DNA of 56,274 nucleotides from Mesotaenium endlicherianum (lineage: Eukaryota): positions 24,080-80,353 of the forward strand of contig WELA01001451.1 of assembly GCA_009602735.1 (NCBI GenBank), in the 5' to 3' direction. This document shows positions 1-11,264 of the stretch, in pieces. Numbering within the stretch: position 1 is the stretch's first letter; each line of letters opens with the position of its first letter. The notes under the pieces are model-generated. The model was not told the DNA's origin and made no database searches. It saw only the letters and a list, made by a program, of their open reading frames with translations. The position numbers were made by a program, and so were the translations under genes.

Positions 1-38
<38 letters not shown>
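1..38. repeat. (GA)n microsatellite in KNL1 intron
   Basis: Direct reading. Confidence 0.95.
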
Positions 39-40
<2 letters not shown>

Positions 41-85
41 CAAAGGGAGAGGGGAAGGAGGGCAGCTGCAATAGCGCGCACGCAC

Positions 86-3000
86 CAGGAGCCGGCGGTG
101 CGTCTCGGCGAGACGCTCGGCCTCGCGCAAGCGCCTGCCGCCCTTCCAGTCGAGGCACTCCTTGGTCGACATCAGCCTGCACCAGCACCAGCATCAGCAC
201 TGACACCAGCAACAGCACCAGCTGCATCGTGCAAGTGACACAGCATCACCAGCCAAGATAGCGTTTGATTCCGCAATGCCCGCGGCCGTAACGGCTCCCA
301 GTGGCTGCCCCAACTCGTGCCATTGTTCTTGGGGGCGTGCCAGAGCCGCCGCCCACAAGCCGCCGCCGCAAACTCCTGGCCAGTTGCTTATAAAACCCAC
401 GACAACCCACAATGTTGGTCCCTTCACGCAAGGGAGAGTGGGCGACGTACGTGCAGATGCGCTTGAGGTCTTGCATCTTGGTCCGCAGGATCGCCATCTC
501 GTCGCCGCTCGCCACCTGTCACGGCACCGCATACGCCCCCCACACCGGCAGCAGCAGCATGCGAGCGTGTGTCAGGTCAATCCTGCCCCTTCCACGCCTG
601 CGAAGTGCTGGTGCTGATTTGCGCATGCAGCATGTAGCTAGAAGGGGGAGTTGAGGAGAGATACAGAAGAGAGGAAGTGAAAGAGGCGGAGATACCAGCG
701 CTGACACTACCGCTCCACGCGCCTACCTGGATGAAATCGAAGACGGCCGGGGGGTGCTCCAGGGCGGCAGCCATGGCCGAGTGCAGAGCTGCGCGCTTCT
801 CAGAGACGAGCACCCGCAGCTCCTCACACGCTCTCTCCTTGGCCTCCACCTGATCGCAGAGCGGGAGAATGAGGGTGGAAGGCATGGACAGGAAAAAGAG
901 GATGGTGGATAGATCAGGAAACAGGACGGCAGTGCTCTTTTCAACAACGTGCGAGCAGTCACATTTGCTGAACCCCGAGTCGTCTCGCGTCGTCTTGTGG
1001 CCTCACAATGAGCCTGTCAGTGGTGGTAACATAGTCAAAACAGTCAAAGACCAGTCAACACTGTCAACGCAGTCAGCCTTGACCAAAAGAGCACAAGAGG
1101 AGGTCAGACACTCTTAAGAGGGATGCTCAAGGAATCACGGACGAGGGCAATTGCAGAGGGAAGGAAAGGGAGATGTAGATAGTGGGATGGAGAGAGATGA
1201 GGGGGCGAGGGGGGGGGGAAGAGAGAGGGGGTTGAAGAGGGGGGAAAAGAGTGCAGAGGGCACCCTACCTGGGGCTTGTGCAGGAATCTGTGTCTCAGGT
1301 GGTCGCCAACAGAGCCAGGGTCTCTGTGGCTCTGAGCACAGAAGCCAGGCTCGGCTGCAGACGGCTCAGCAGGCCAGCCCGTGGCAGCCCCTCCTCCTTC
1401 CTCCTCTCCAAAATTTACCTGCCCTCCCACCCAGCGCACTGCTGGCGTGTCAGCTGTGCACACTCACAGGATGGCGCAGTGGTGGTACAGACACAAATTG
1501 CGAAGGCGTATGGGGCTCCCAGACCTTCTCACACTCGCACGCTCACACACTCCCACACTCCCGTCCACCGGAAGACCGCTCGCAGGGTTCCGCAGCGGTG
1601 CTATCCATCATAAGCCCCCACACCTTTACACGCTTGCTCACTCGCTCACTCTCGCTCGCTCACTCGCTCTTCTTTCCAATGCTTCAGAAGAGCCTCGGAA
1701 GACCTTCAGGAAGACCTGAGAAGGAGCTTTTCACAAGACCTGAAAAGGACCCTTCAAAGGGCTCTTCAAAGGACTCTTCGGAAAACTCTTCAGATGATGA
1801 GGTGATGCTGATGGTGATGATGACGAGGAGCGCACCTCGCTGGAGGTCATGGGGAGCACAGAGGTGTCGTTCTGAGTGATTCGTGGTCCAAGCGGTGCGC
1901 GTGCAGCACAAGTTGCAAGAGAAAGGCATCTATCACAATAAGCCATGTGTGATACGCAGCAGGAGGCTGACACAGCAAGAGCACGCACCTCTGCCAGCTG
2001 GAGGAACTCGTCAAACGATAGCTTGCCAGCTGTCCTGCACCTCGCTGCTTGCGCCGCAACCTGGTCGCTGCCGGCCTCCCCTGCCTGCTCCTCCTCTGCC
2101 AGGTCAGCTTTAATGTCCACCTCAGCATTCGTGTCGGGCCCGATGTTCACTGTCGCCTCGGGCTGTTGGCCGATGGGAAGTTGCCAGGTATCCTCCTGCA
2201 GGAACCCTCTGACGCAGGAGTGGCCCGTGAGGAGCTCGTGGGAGGCCAGGTCAGCTGCCTTGCTGGCGGCTGCTGTCGCCCATGCACTGCCACCTGCCTG
2301 GCCCGCCTCATTCTCTGGCCGGCTGTACTGGAAGGGCAGCGGCTGGGGCGTTGACGTGTCTCCTCCCTGGTGAGGGTAGTCGCCTTCATAGTCCTGCAGA
2401 GAGGGTAGGCACTGCAGAAAACGAGTTGGTGAGGCGTGTGTGGGCACGCGCGCGTGTGTGTGTGTGTGTGTGTGTGTGAAGCCCATAAATTGGGGCGCAT
2501 ACTAGACATCAAGGTGAGTGTGCTCAACAAATTGTGAGCCAAATACATGTGCAACAAAGCTGCACACATGCATACATGGGAGAAACTTGAGGTGGGGGGG
2601 GGGTGCGCGACGCCAGCAGGCCAGGTGGCTCCGCCAGACGCACACACACCTGCCTCCTGTCGCTCGTCCCTCCGCCAGCGACAGCCTCCCTGTGAGCTGG
2701 CATACTGCTGCCGTCCATCCAGCTGTCACACGCCAGCCCCTCCTCCTCCGGCAAGATGGTGGCACTGCTTGTCACTGTCAGGTCCAGACAGGTGGCAGCG
2801 TCTCCCGCCGCCAGGCCAGCATTCTCCCCGGCCGCCTCACCCATCCCTCCCCCTTCCAAGCTCAGCACCGCTGCCTTCTTCTCGGCCTCCTCTCCCTCTC
2901 CCTCCACCTCCTCCTGCTGCTGCTGCTGCTTCTGCTTCTGCTGCTCCTGCTGCTGCTCCTGCTCCTGCTGCTGCTGCAGCTGATCATGCGTGAGGCCCGC

Positions 3001-6000
3001 GTTTGCGCCCAGAGATGACACGTGGCAGCAGGCCTCAAGGAGGGGAGCTGGGGAGGAGGAGGAGGGGAAGGAGGAGGGCAAGGGCGACGTGACGACGACG
3101 TCGAGCGCCAGCTTTGGCTGCGACTTGAAGGGTTCCATCTCCATGGCAGCCTTTTCCTCCGCCTCCATAGCTGGAGCACTCACTACTTTCCCAGAGGGCT
3201 TCTCGCCTGCAGCATTGCTAAGCGGCCAGCTGGCATCATGTGCAGCTGCCACGTGCCCCAGTCCATCCACATCAGCATCCTCGCGCGCGCCCTCACCGCT
3301 TGAAGCAAAGGCATCCATTGCTGCTGCTGCTGCTGCCCTTGCTGCTGCTGCTGCCGCCCTTGCTGCTGCTGCTGCCGCCTGGGCATCTGCCCCTCCAACA
3401 TGTCGCTCCTCCACCTCAGCACGTGCCACCTCAGCCCTATTAGTGGGGCATGCACCTCCAGCAGCGAGTGCCAAGTCAGCCGTGGCCCGAGCCACATCAG
3501 CAGAGAGTGCCGCGGCGCCGCACGCTCCCTGCGGGCTGCCGCCGCCCGGGGCCCCAACAGGCGCAATGGGCGGCTGCATCGGCGACTGCACGGCCGCCAC
3601 CTGTCCCTGTCCCTGTCCCTGTCCCCAGGCCGGCGAGGCCTCCGGCGACGCAGACAATACGCCGTCCAGGAGACGCCTCAAGGAGTAGAGCTCGGGGGGG
3701 AGCGCGCTCAGGCGGGGCCGCGGGCGCTTGCCAGCCACTCTCTTCAAAAGAGCGGCGATTGGATACCCCGTCTCGGTCTGCCCCCCCCCTCCTCCCATCC
3801 CTCCGGTGGCTGTCGTGTCCTGCTCGTGAAAGCCTGGCAGCAGCTCCTGCCCGCCCCCCGCCGCCGCCACCTGTCGCCCCTCCACTCCGGATACGGCTCC
3901 CGCTCCCGCTTGCGCGCCTGCTCCCGCCTGCTCCCCCGCCTCCTCCTCCTCCACAGCCCGCTCGTACTCAAAGTGCAGGAAGGGTGTTCCCCCTCTCGCG
4001 CCTGCAGCTGCAAATGCAGCTGTTGCAGTCTCAGAGCCGTCGCCGCCCGCTGCCGCCCACCCAGGCTCTCCGACCGATGCATCCAGGGGCTGCGGCGTTG
4101 GCGCCAACGAGCTGTCGCCTTGGCGTGCAGCCACCTGTGCTGGCTCGGCAGCAGCAGCAGCACCTCCTTCTCCTCCTCCTCCAGCAGCAGCACAGGCACC
4201 AGCGCCAGTCGCAAGCAGTCCGGCTCCCCTTTTAGCGCTCTCTCTCCTGTCTCCAGCCGCTGCGTCAGCGATGGCCGCCGCACGCTCCCCCTCAAAGAGC
4301 GCCAGCAGGGCCTTCACGTCCACGCTGGCCTCGCCCGCCGCCGCCACCTGGCGCTGCTCGCCTGCTGCCAGGCGCCGCCTCTTGGCGCTCCTCGGCTCCC
4401 CCCTGTAGGCTGGGCCCGCGGGGCTGGCCCCCTCCTGCGCTTGAGCGAGCGCTCGCTTCCTCCCCGAGGCTGGGGCTGGGGCTGGGGCTGAGGCTAGGTG
4501 AGCCAGGGCACCAGCTGGAGCAAGAGATAGAGCCGGTGCTAGAGCTGGAGCTGGAAGAGGTGGGGCAGTCAGAGGGAGCACCCCAGAGGGCTCAGATGAC
4601 GGGTAGGCCCCCCCCAGGGCTGCTGCTGCAGACAGGCGGCTCCACATAGGGAGCCGGGGGGCGGGGGCTTCTTCTTCTTGGCTGTCACGCTTTGCTCCTG
4701 TGTCTCCTCCTCCTTCTCCGGCTGCTGGCAGAGCTGCAGCAGCTGCTGCTGCTGCTGGTGGTGGTAATGCCGCTGGCGAGGGAGGTGCTGCTTCTGCTGC
4801 TACTACTGCTGCTGCTTCTTCAGTCTGGACCACCATTGGTGCTGCTGCTGCTGCTGCTGCTGCTGGTGGTGGTGGCGGTAGTGGTGGTGGTGCTGCCGCT
4901 GCTGCTGCTGCTGCTCCTCTCAGTTCAGCCAAACCCGCCCCTGCTGCTTCTGCTGCTGCTGCTGCTGCATCGGGTGCTGCTGCTGCGGCGGCGGCTCCCG
5001 CATTGTCCCCACTCTGGCCCGTGTGGGGCAGCTTGCTTAGAAGACTGCCCAGGAAAGCCTGGCCCAGAGGGCTGCAGTCAACGTCCACTTCCATAACACA
5101 CGCCCCGCCACTTGCTATCATGGCAGCTTCTTGCGCCTCGCTGTCGACATTGACAGGCGGGCGGCGGTTGTCCCCGCCGCCGTCATCAGCTGCACCTGAG
5201 GCAGCTGAGCTTTCGTCCACCCTTGCCCTGCCTGCTGGGCTGGCATCGACAGGTGTCGCTCCGTCCTTGTCGCTCGCCTTCTCGGGGTCCACGTCATCAT
5301 GCCCTCCCCACCTCCAAGCCTCCAGCTCAGCAGCATCCACGATCCCCTTGCGCTGTCCCCCCCCTCCCCCAACCCCTCCCCCACTCTCCGCAGCTCCTCC
5401 CACACTCAGCCTTCTGCCCCCTCCGCCTCCTCCACCTCCTGCCCCACCTCCCTCCATGCAGATGGCCCCCCCGAGGCTCAGCCTCCTCCCCCCCTCTCCG
5501 CCAAATCCTCCTCCCCCTCCGCCCAGACCCCCCCCAACACTCAGCCTCCTACCTCCTCCTCCTCCTCCTCCTCTGCCTCCCAGTCCTCCGCTCCCGCTCC
5601 CTGTCCCCACCACAAACCCTAGATCCTCCACCTCCAGGCCTGCGGAGCGCACGCGTGGCCCGAGGCTGAGGCGCCTCGTCAACGCCCGCCTGGTGCCTGG
5701 TGCCGACGTCTTCTTTGTCAGCGACACCCCCAGGGCAGCGCACGTGCTCAGGTGGCCGCCACCTGTCGCGACGGCGGGCAGCGGCGGCAGGGACCCCGAA
5801 GAGCCGGAGAATAGGTCGGCAGCTGCAGCAGCGCTGCTGCCACCTGGCAACACGCAGGTGAGGGCGGCCGCGGCGACAGCCGCAGGGGCAGCGGCAGAGG
5901 CAGCAACACCTGCTGCTACGGCAGGCGCCCTGCCTGTGTTGCAGCCTTCAGACAGGGGTAGTCCTGGTGCCGGTGCCGCTACTGCTGCTGCTGCTGCTGC

Positions 6001-9000
6001 TGGTGCTGATGCTGCTGGTGGTCCTGCAAGCCCTTCAGTGTTGTTGAGGAGAGCTTGCTCGGGGCCCTCTGGCACGCGAATTGCGTCCTCCGGCACAGCC
6101 AGAATTGCTGAGCTGTTGCGCTGCTGAGCTGCTGAGGTGGCAGGCTCCTGCGCTGCTGCTTCTGCTGCTGTTGCAGCAGCTACTCCTGAGGCTGCTGCTG
6201 TTGCTGCCGGCGTTGCTTCTGCCGCTGCAGCTGTTACTCCTGCTCCTGCTGCCGCTGCTCCTGCCGCTGCTCCTGCTACTCCTCTTGATGCTTCTCCTGG
6301 TGCTGCTGCTGCTGCTGGCGTGGCCTCCTCGTCGATGCCAAGGTTGTCCTTGGCGAGAAAGTCAGCAAACGTGAAGCTGGCCGCCTTGCCCAGGCTGGAC
6401 CTGCGCCCGCGGAGGGAGGCTCGTCTGGGGCGGGGGATCTCTGTGTTGCCCTCATGAGGCTTGTCCATGCGGGGGGGCGCCGCGTGGCTGCCACCTGGCG
6501 GCTGCAGCCTGACGCTGTAGGCACGGGGCCCCTCGCCCTCCTGCTGCCGCATGGCGGCGGCGGCGCCCTCCACGCTCTGGCTGGGAGAGGCAGCGGCTGC
6601 AGGGGGCCTGCTGAGAGGAAGCCTCTGAGTGGCGGCGGCTGCGTCAGCACCCTTCTGCTGCTGCTGTTGCTGTTGCTGCTGCTGCTGCTGCTCAGCGTTA
6701 GCAGGAGCTGTATCCGGCGCTGCTGGGTCATCCTTGGGCTCTTCCTGGATATCGGAGGGCTGTGCGAAAAGGGGCCTGGAGGGGAAGAGGCTCTTCTTCG
6801 AGATGAAGGAGAAGTCGCTCATTGTGTTGTCGGCTGCCGCCAGGTCAGCCGCAGCAGCTGCAGCAGCAGATGTGGCGCCACCTGTGAGGGCGGCAACAAC
6901 GGCGGCAGCGGCGCCGCCCGGCGGGTTCCTCTCCCGCAGGTCGCGCCAGGCCTTGAATCCCGTGAAGCTGACGTCGGCAAAGGAGTCGACGGCGCTAACG
7001 TGGAGCAGCTCGTTGCGGAAGCTCGACGCGTCCATCGTCGGCGTGGCGGATAGTAGCTCGCCACCTGGCGGCAGAACGAGCGCCGGGCCGCCGGAGGCGG
7101 GCGGCGTAGGCAGCTGCTGCTGCAGGCCCGTGACGTCCATCGTTGCATCTGCTGCATCTGCTGCTGCCACCTGGCCATGCCCCTTCTCCCCCCCCCACTT
7201 CTCCATCCAGCCGAGGTTGTCAAATGCGCCCCTGTCCTCCCCTTTGCCCGCTTGCGCCCCCCCCTTGCTGGCACTCTCGCCCCTGCCCCTCCTCCTTCCC
7301 CCCGCCCCGGCCTGAAGCTTCCGCCGCTGCCGCCGCCGGGGCGTCAGATTCTCCTTGTCTTCAACCGCTGAGGTGTCAGGGTCGGGGTCCGGATCAACTC
7401 GCTCGCCGCTCTCGCCGAGCCGGCTACTCTTGCGCGGCTCAGCCGCAGGAGCTCCGTCCCGAGCCAGATCCCAAACCTGAGCCTGAGCCAGAGCCAGAGG
7501 TCCAGCCTGAGGCAGGCGGGGCTCCAGGGGGGAGGACAGGGGGGAGGACCGAGGGGACGGCTGGGGGCCTGGCGCCAGCGGCACCGGCAGATGCGAGGAG
7601 GAGGCGGCGTGCAGGCCCCCTCTTCCTCCTCCTCCTCCTCCCCCTCTCCCTCCCCCTCCCTCTCCTCGGAAGGCGAAGAAGGCCGTGGATACGTCGCCGT
7701 CGCCGTCGTCGTCGTCGGACTCGACGAGCTGCGAGAGGCGCGGCACCATGCGCGTGATGGTGCCCTCGTGGTCGATCTCCAGGTCCATGGTCATGGTGGT
7801 GTCGTCGTCGAGGCCGCCGCCCGCGCCGCCACCCGCCCCGGGGCCTGCGGCGCTGTTGAGCAGCAGCCCCTCGTCGAGGCGGACAAAGGCGCTCATGTCC
7901 ACGGGGCCCGTGTGGCCGGGCTCCTTGCCCCCGCTGCGCACGCGCGTGGGAGGGAGAAGCCGAGGAGGGGGGTGGGGGTGGGAGAGAGGAGGCGCATTGG
8001 CCAGGGAGGGGGAGGGGAGAGGGCAAGAGTGAAGGAGGGGCGAGGGGAAGGGAGAGGGAAGAGAGGATGAGCGGGGAGGGCAAGAGAGGGGGAGGGGGGA
8101 GGGCCTTGCTTGTCAGCTTCAGCCAGGGGGCAGGCGAGCCAGAATTCCTAAGGGGAGCGGCAAGCAGGCAGGTAGTCTCGAGGGACAGGCAAGCAATGGA
8201 TCCCAAGGGGGGGCGGGCAAGCAGGATCTCCCAAGCGGGCGGGAGGGCAAGTAAGAGAGCAAGCATTCTCAAGGGGCCGGGGTTAAGCGCGCATTCCCGA
8301 GAGACGAGCAAGCAACCGAACCGGGACGAGTCGGGCTTGTTTGGATTTGCGCATAAGATGGGGCATGTGGGGGATGGCCTGCGTGCGGGAAGGGAGTTAC
8401 GGAGCTGTGGCACTGAGAAGCCTGCACGCCCGGACACCTTTGTGAGGTTGCATTGCTCGAATGCTACAATGCGAGCGTTCGCGTGCGCGCGCGCGTGTGT
8501 GTGAGTGTGCGTGTGTGTGGGGTGGGTGCGCACGTGTGTGTGTGTGTGTGCGTGCGCAGGTGGGTGGGTGGGGGTGGGTATATGCTTGCACACAAGAGCA
8601 CATGCAAGCCTACACGTGCCTGTGCATGACAAGGGAGCTCAGAGCTGCGTGTTGGTCTGATTGAGGACCAAGGACAGGACGGGTGATGCACTGGCAGCTG
8701 GATGACTTGGTCAATCACCTGGCCGACTTGGTCAGCCTAGGGGAACTGGGAGCCCCACTCCTGCTACCCTCCCCATCCCCCACTATTGCCATTCTGTTTA
8801 CCCTAAGCCAAGTACGCAAGGGAACCCTCGTGCCCTCGTGCCCTCCCTGTGACAAGCCAAGCAGTGCACTGAAATGGATGGGCAAGATTTGCTGCGAGGG
8901 GGTCAATCTAGGGTCCAGATATCATCTTCATAGCAGGCCAGTGGGAGCACGAGGCTTCTGAGCCACGCATTGAGCTCGCGCAAGTTGCGCAGATGCTCTG

Positions 9001-10297
9001 CACGAGCGTGCCGGACCCGTTCCCCACTTCCCGCATCGGGCCACCTGTTCTGATGCCCCCGTCTTGTGGCTCCCCCTTGGCTGACCCAGTGAGTAGAGAA
9101 CAGCAGTGTTGTGCACGACGGGGCAGGGTGCATTGTGCTGCTTGTTCGTTGGAATGCTGCTTGTGACTCTTGGGCAAGCTGATACGACCGGTGAGCATCT
9201 GCTGCTATGGACAAGGGTGAGGGTGAGGGTGAGGGTGAGTGCGAGGGTGTGAGTGGGGTGTGGGTGAGGGTGAGGGTCAGGGTGTGAGTGGGGTGTGCAT
9301 GTGGGTGTGGGTGTGAGTGTGGCTATGGCAGAGGGTGTAGGTGTGGGTGTGGGTGCGGGTGTGGCCATAGGGGGGGTGGCATGTCTGGGTGGGGGTCGAA
9401 CTGACCTGCTCAGGGGAGACACAAAGTTGCGCGGAGAGTAGAACTCCCCGCTCGATTCCTCCCCAGGGGTGCTCCTGGGGGCCGGGAATGCCATCTCTGG
9501 GGCGTCCACAGGGCTGCCAAAAGCCCCCTGGGCTCCTTCATGCTGTGATTCCGACCCTTGAGATGAAGGATCGATGGCCAGAGCAAGCGCCTTCCTGGAG
9601 GGCAGAGCTCTGTTGCCTGCGCTGTCAGCCGTGGGAGTCAGGGCAAATTTTTTTGCCGTTGACGCCTCTGAGGCCGTGAGCTGACACGTGTCCTGTTCGA
9701 TGTTCAATGTCCCCGTGAATCCGAGAAATGTGCGGACTGTGCTGTTGGTCGGCAGGGCCTTGTCCGCAAATTCGGCGTCAGGGGGAGTGACGTACTCCTC
9801 ATCTTTGACATACACCCTGACAGTAGCCTTCTCTGCAAAGCTGACCCTTCTGTTGTGAGATGACCTTCTCTTCCTAGTCTTCTGGACAGGCGTGAATTCT
9901 TCATACACCGCGTTCGGGTTTACTACGAGTTTAGGCCCTACGCCTGGTGATAGCCTAGGGCTTCTGCGGGGACTGAAAGCGTTGCTCCTCGCAGCAATGC
10001 CCTTCAGTATCTGCACATGGTTGAGCATCACAATTGGCAAAGTTGTTTTTGAACATGACACGTTTAGCGGGTACAGGGTTCGAAGCGGACACGAGTTCAA
10101 GTAACATGATGATCACAGTGCAGATTTTTCAAGGAAGAACGAGAGATGCTGAATCCTTGAAAGAAAGCGTCAACCGTAAGAGGGAGAGCCCGAGATGCAC
10201 GTACAGAGGTCGGAGTTGACGGACAAGGTCTCTCATTCTCTTTGTCATCGGACAAGAACCTCTTCCTCCTTCCTCGATCAAGCTCAGGCGTGCCCAT
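86..10297 (-). CDS. KNL1: Kinetochore scaffold KNL1/Spc105/Spc7-like protein, spliced, 3' end beyond left edge. Exons: 10297-10205, 10010-9406, 7933-2650, 2393-1989, 1418-1269, 849-727, 515-451, 176-86
   Basis: All junctions are GT-AG and phase-consistent. Exon 1 ends PSTPTS and exon 2 starts ILKG, giving SILK, followed by RRVSF (9851-9837). Long disordered middle with MELT-like motifs. The C-terminal exons LSFDEFLQLAE|VNF, HKPQ|VEAKERACEELRVLVSE...HPPAVFDF and DEMAILRTKMQDLKRICT|LMSTKECLDWK resemble the Spc7 domain pattern from memory. Extra exons within 7934-9405 cannot be excluded. Confidence 0.82.
1685..1795. repeat. Degenerate ~12-bp tandem repeat (e.g. AAGGACCCTTCA) in KNL1 intron
   Basis: ggacccttcaaa gggctcttcaaa ggactcttcgga aaactcttcaga. 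Confidence 0.7.
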
Positions 10298-11264
10298 TTT
10301 ATACCTTTGAAAGCATAATATCAGGATCTGCGTGTTTGACAGCAATCTTTGCAGACTCTTTAAAAGAAGAGGCAACTACCCTGCAGTTTATTAGCCAGAG
10401 CAATAAGAATACATCGTGCGTAGAGTTTTTACAGCAGTTCATCGGTGGTGCTTGCAGTCTAGTTGCGGGCCTGGTCTCCATCAGCCCTCATGATTGATCC
10501 TACCGTTACGTCCAGTTGCACCCATCCAGACTGCAGCCATCGACAACTGGAGGTTATTTGAATTTGAAGCGCTCTAGGTCAGGGCCGCCTAACGCGGATG
10601 GGCCTGGAAAAAACAGGTTCATACTTATGGGTGTGAATGAGGGCATGGCTCCTCTCGCACCCTCGACAAGCAAGATAACCGAAGTCAACAGCAATTTCTA
10701 TATCACTTTTGACTGAAGTCAATTGTTTCAACGAAACGTCAACGACAAATTTCAGCCATGACCATATTTGCCTACTATAGTCTTCAACGCTTGTCCACTG
10801 GAGTATTTCAGTAGATAAGGCGAAAAAAGATAAGGCATTTTGTATGAGTGAAAACTCCGGGAAAGCCAATTGGAGGCGAGCCGCCCCCATAGACCTTCTC
10901 CATTGCGTTTGAACATTTGTGTTCGTGATCTTACGAACACTCCAAGGCACCTAGCTCTCGATACTTGTACACTCTAAGCCGATGGAGGGACATGTTTAAG
11001 TATTACCAACATTAGTATACTACAATGTACCTCAAGTGGGACATGTGACGGCCCCCGTCTACAGCGTGACAATGACGTGAACCCATACGACGGATGCCCG
11101 CGCATGTATCGTCTGCATATCCGCTTTAGCTTCTTCTCGACACACTTTGCTTGGGAATGCTGTTGGCATGCATTGTCATGTCTGCACATTTCTTGAGCTC
11201 TGAACATCTCCCATGATTGTGTTAGCTACCGCCCTAGAGAGGTCACCTAAATTCATGTGACAAA
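10298..11264. promoter_or_regulatory. Divergent upstream region shared by KNL1 and mTERF
   Basis: Head-to-head start codons about 970 bp apart. The region is AT-richer and repeat-poor. No specific elements confirmed. Confidence 0.45.

Noticed and set aside
2990..7760. Many long plus-strand ORFs antisense to the KNL1 giant exon
   Set aside because: Shadow frames of GC-rich triplet repeats with no recognisable domains.
10495..10570. Possible mitotic MSA (AACGG) or CHR (TTTGAA) elements upstream of KNL1
   Set aside because: Only short cores match, which is expected by chance.
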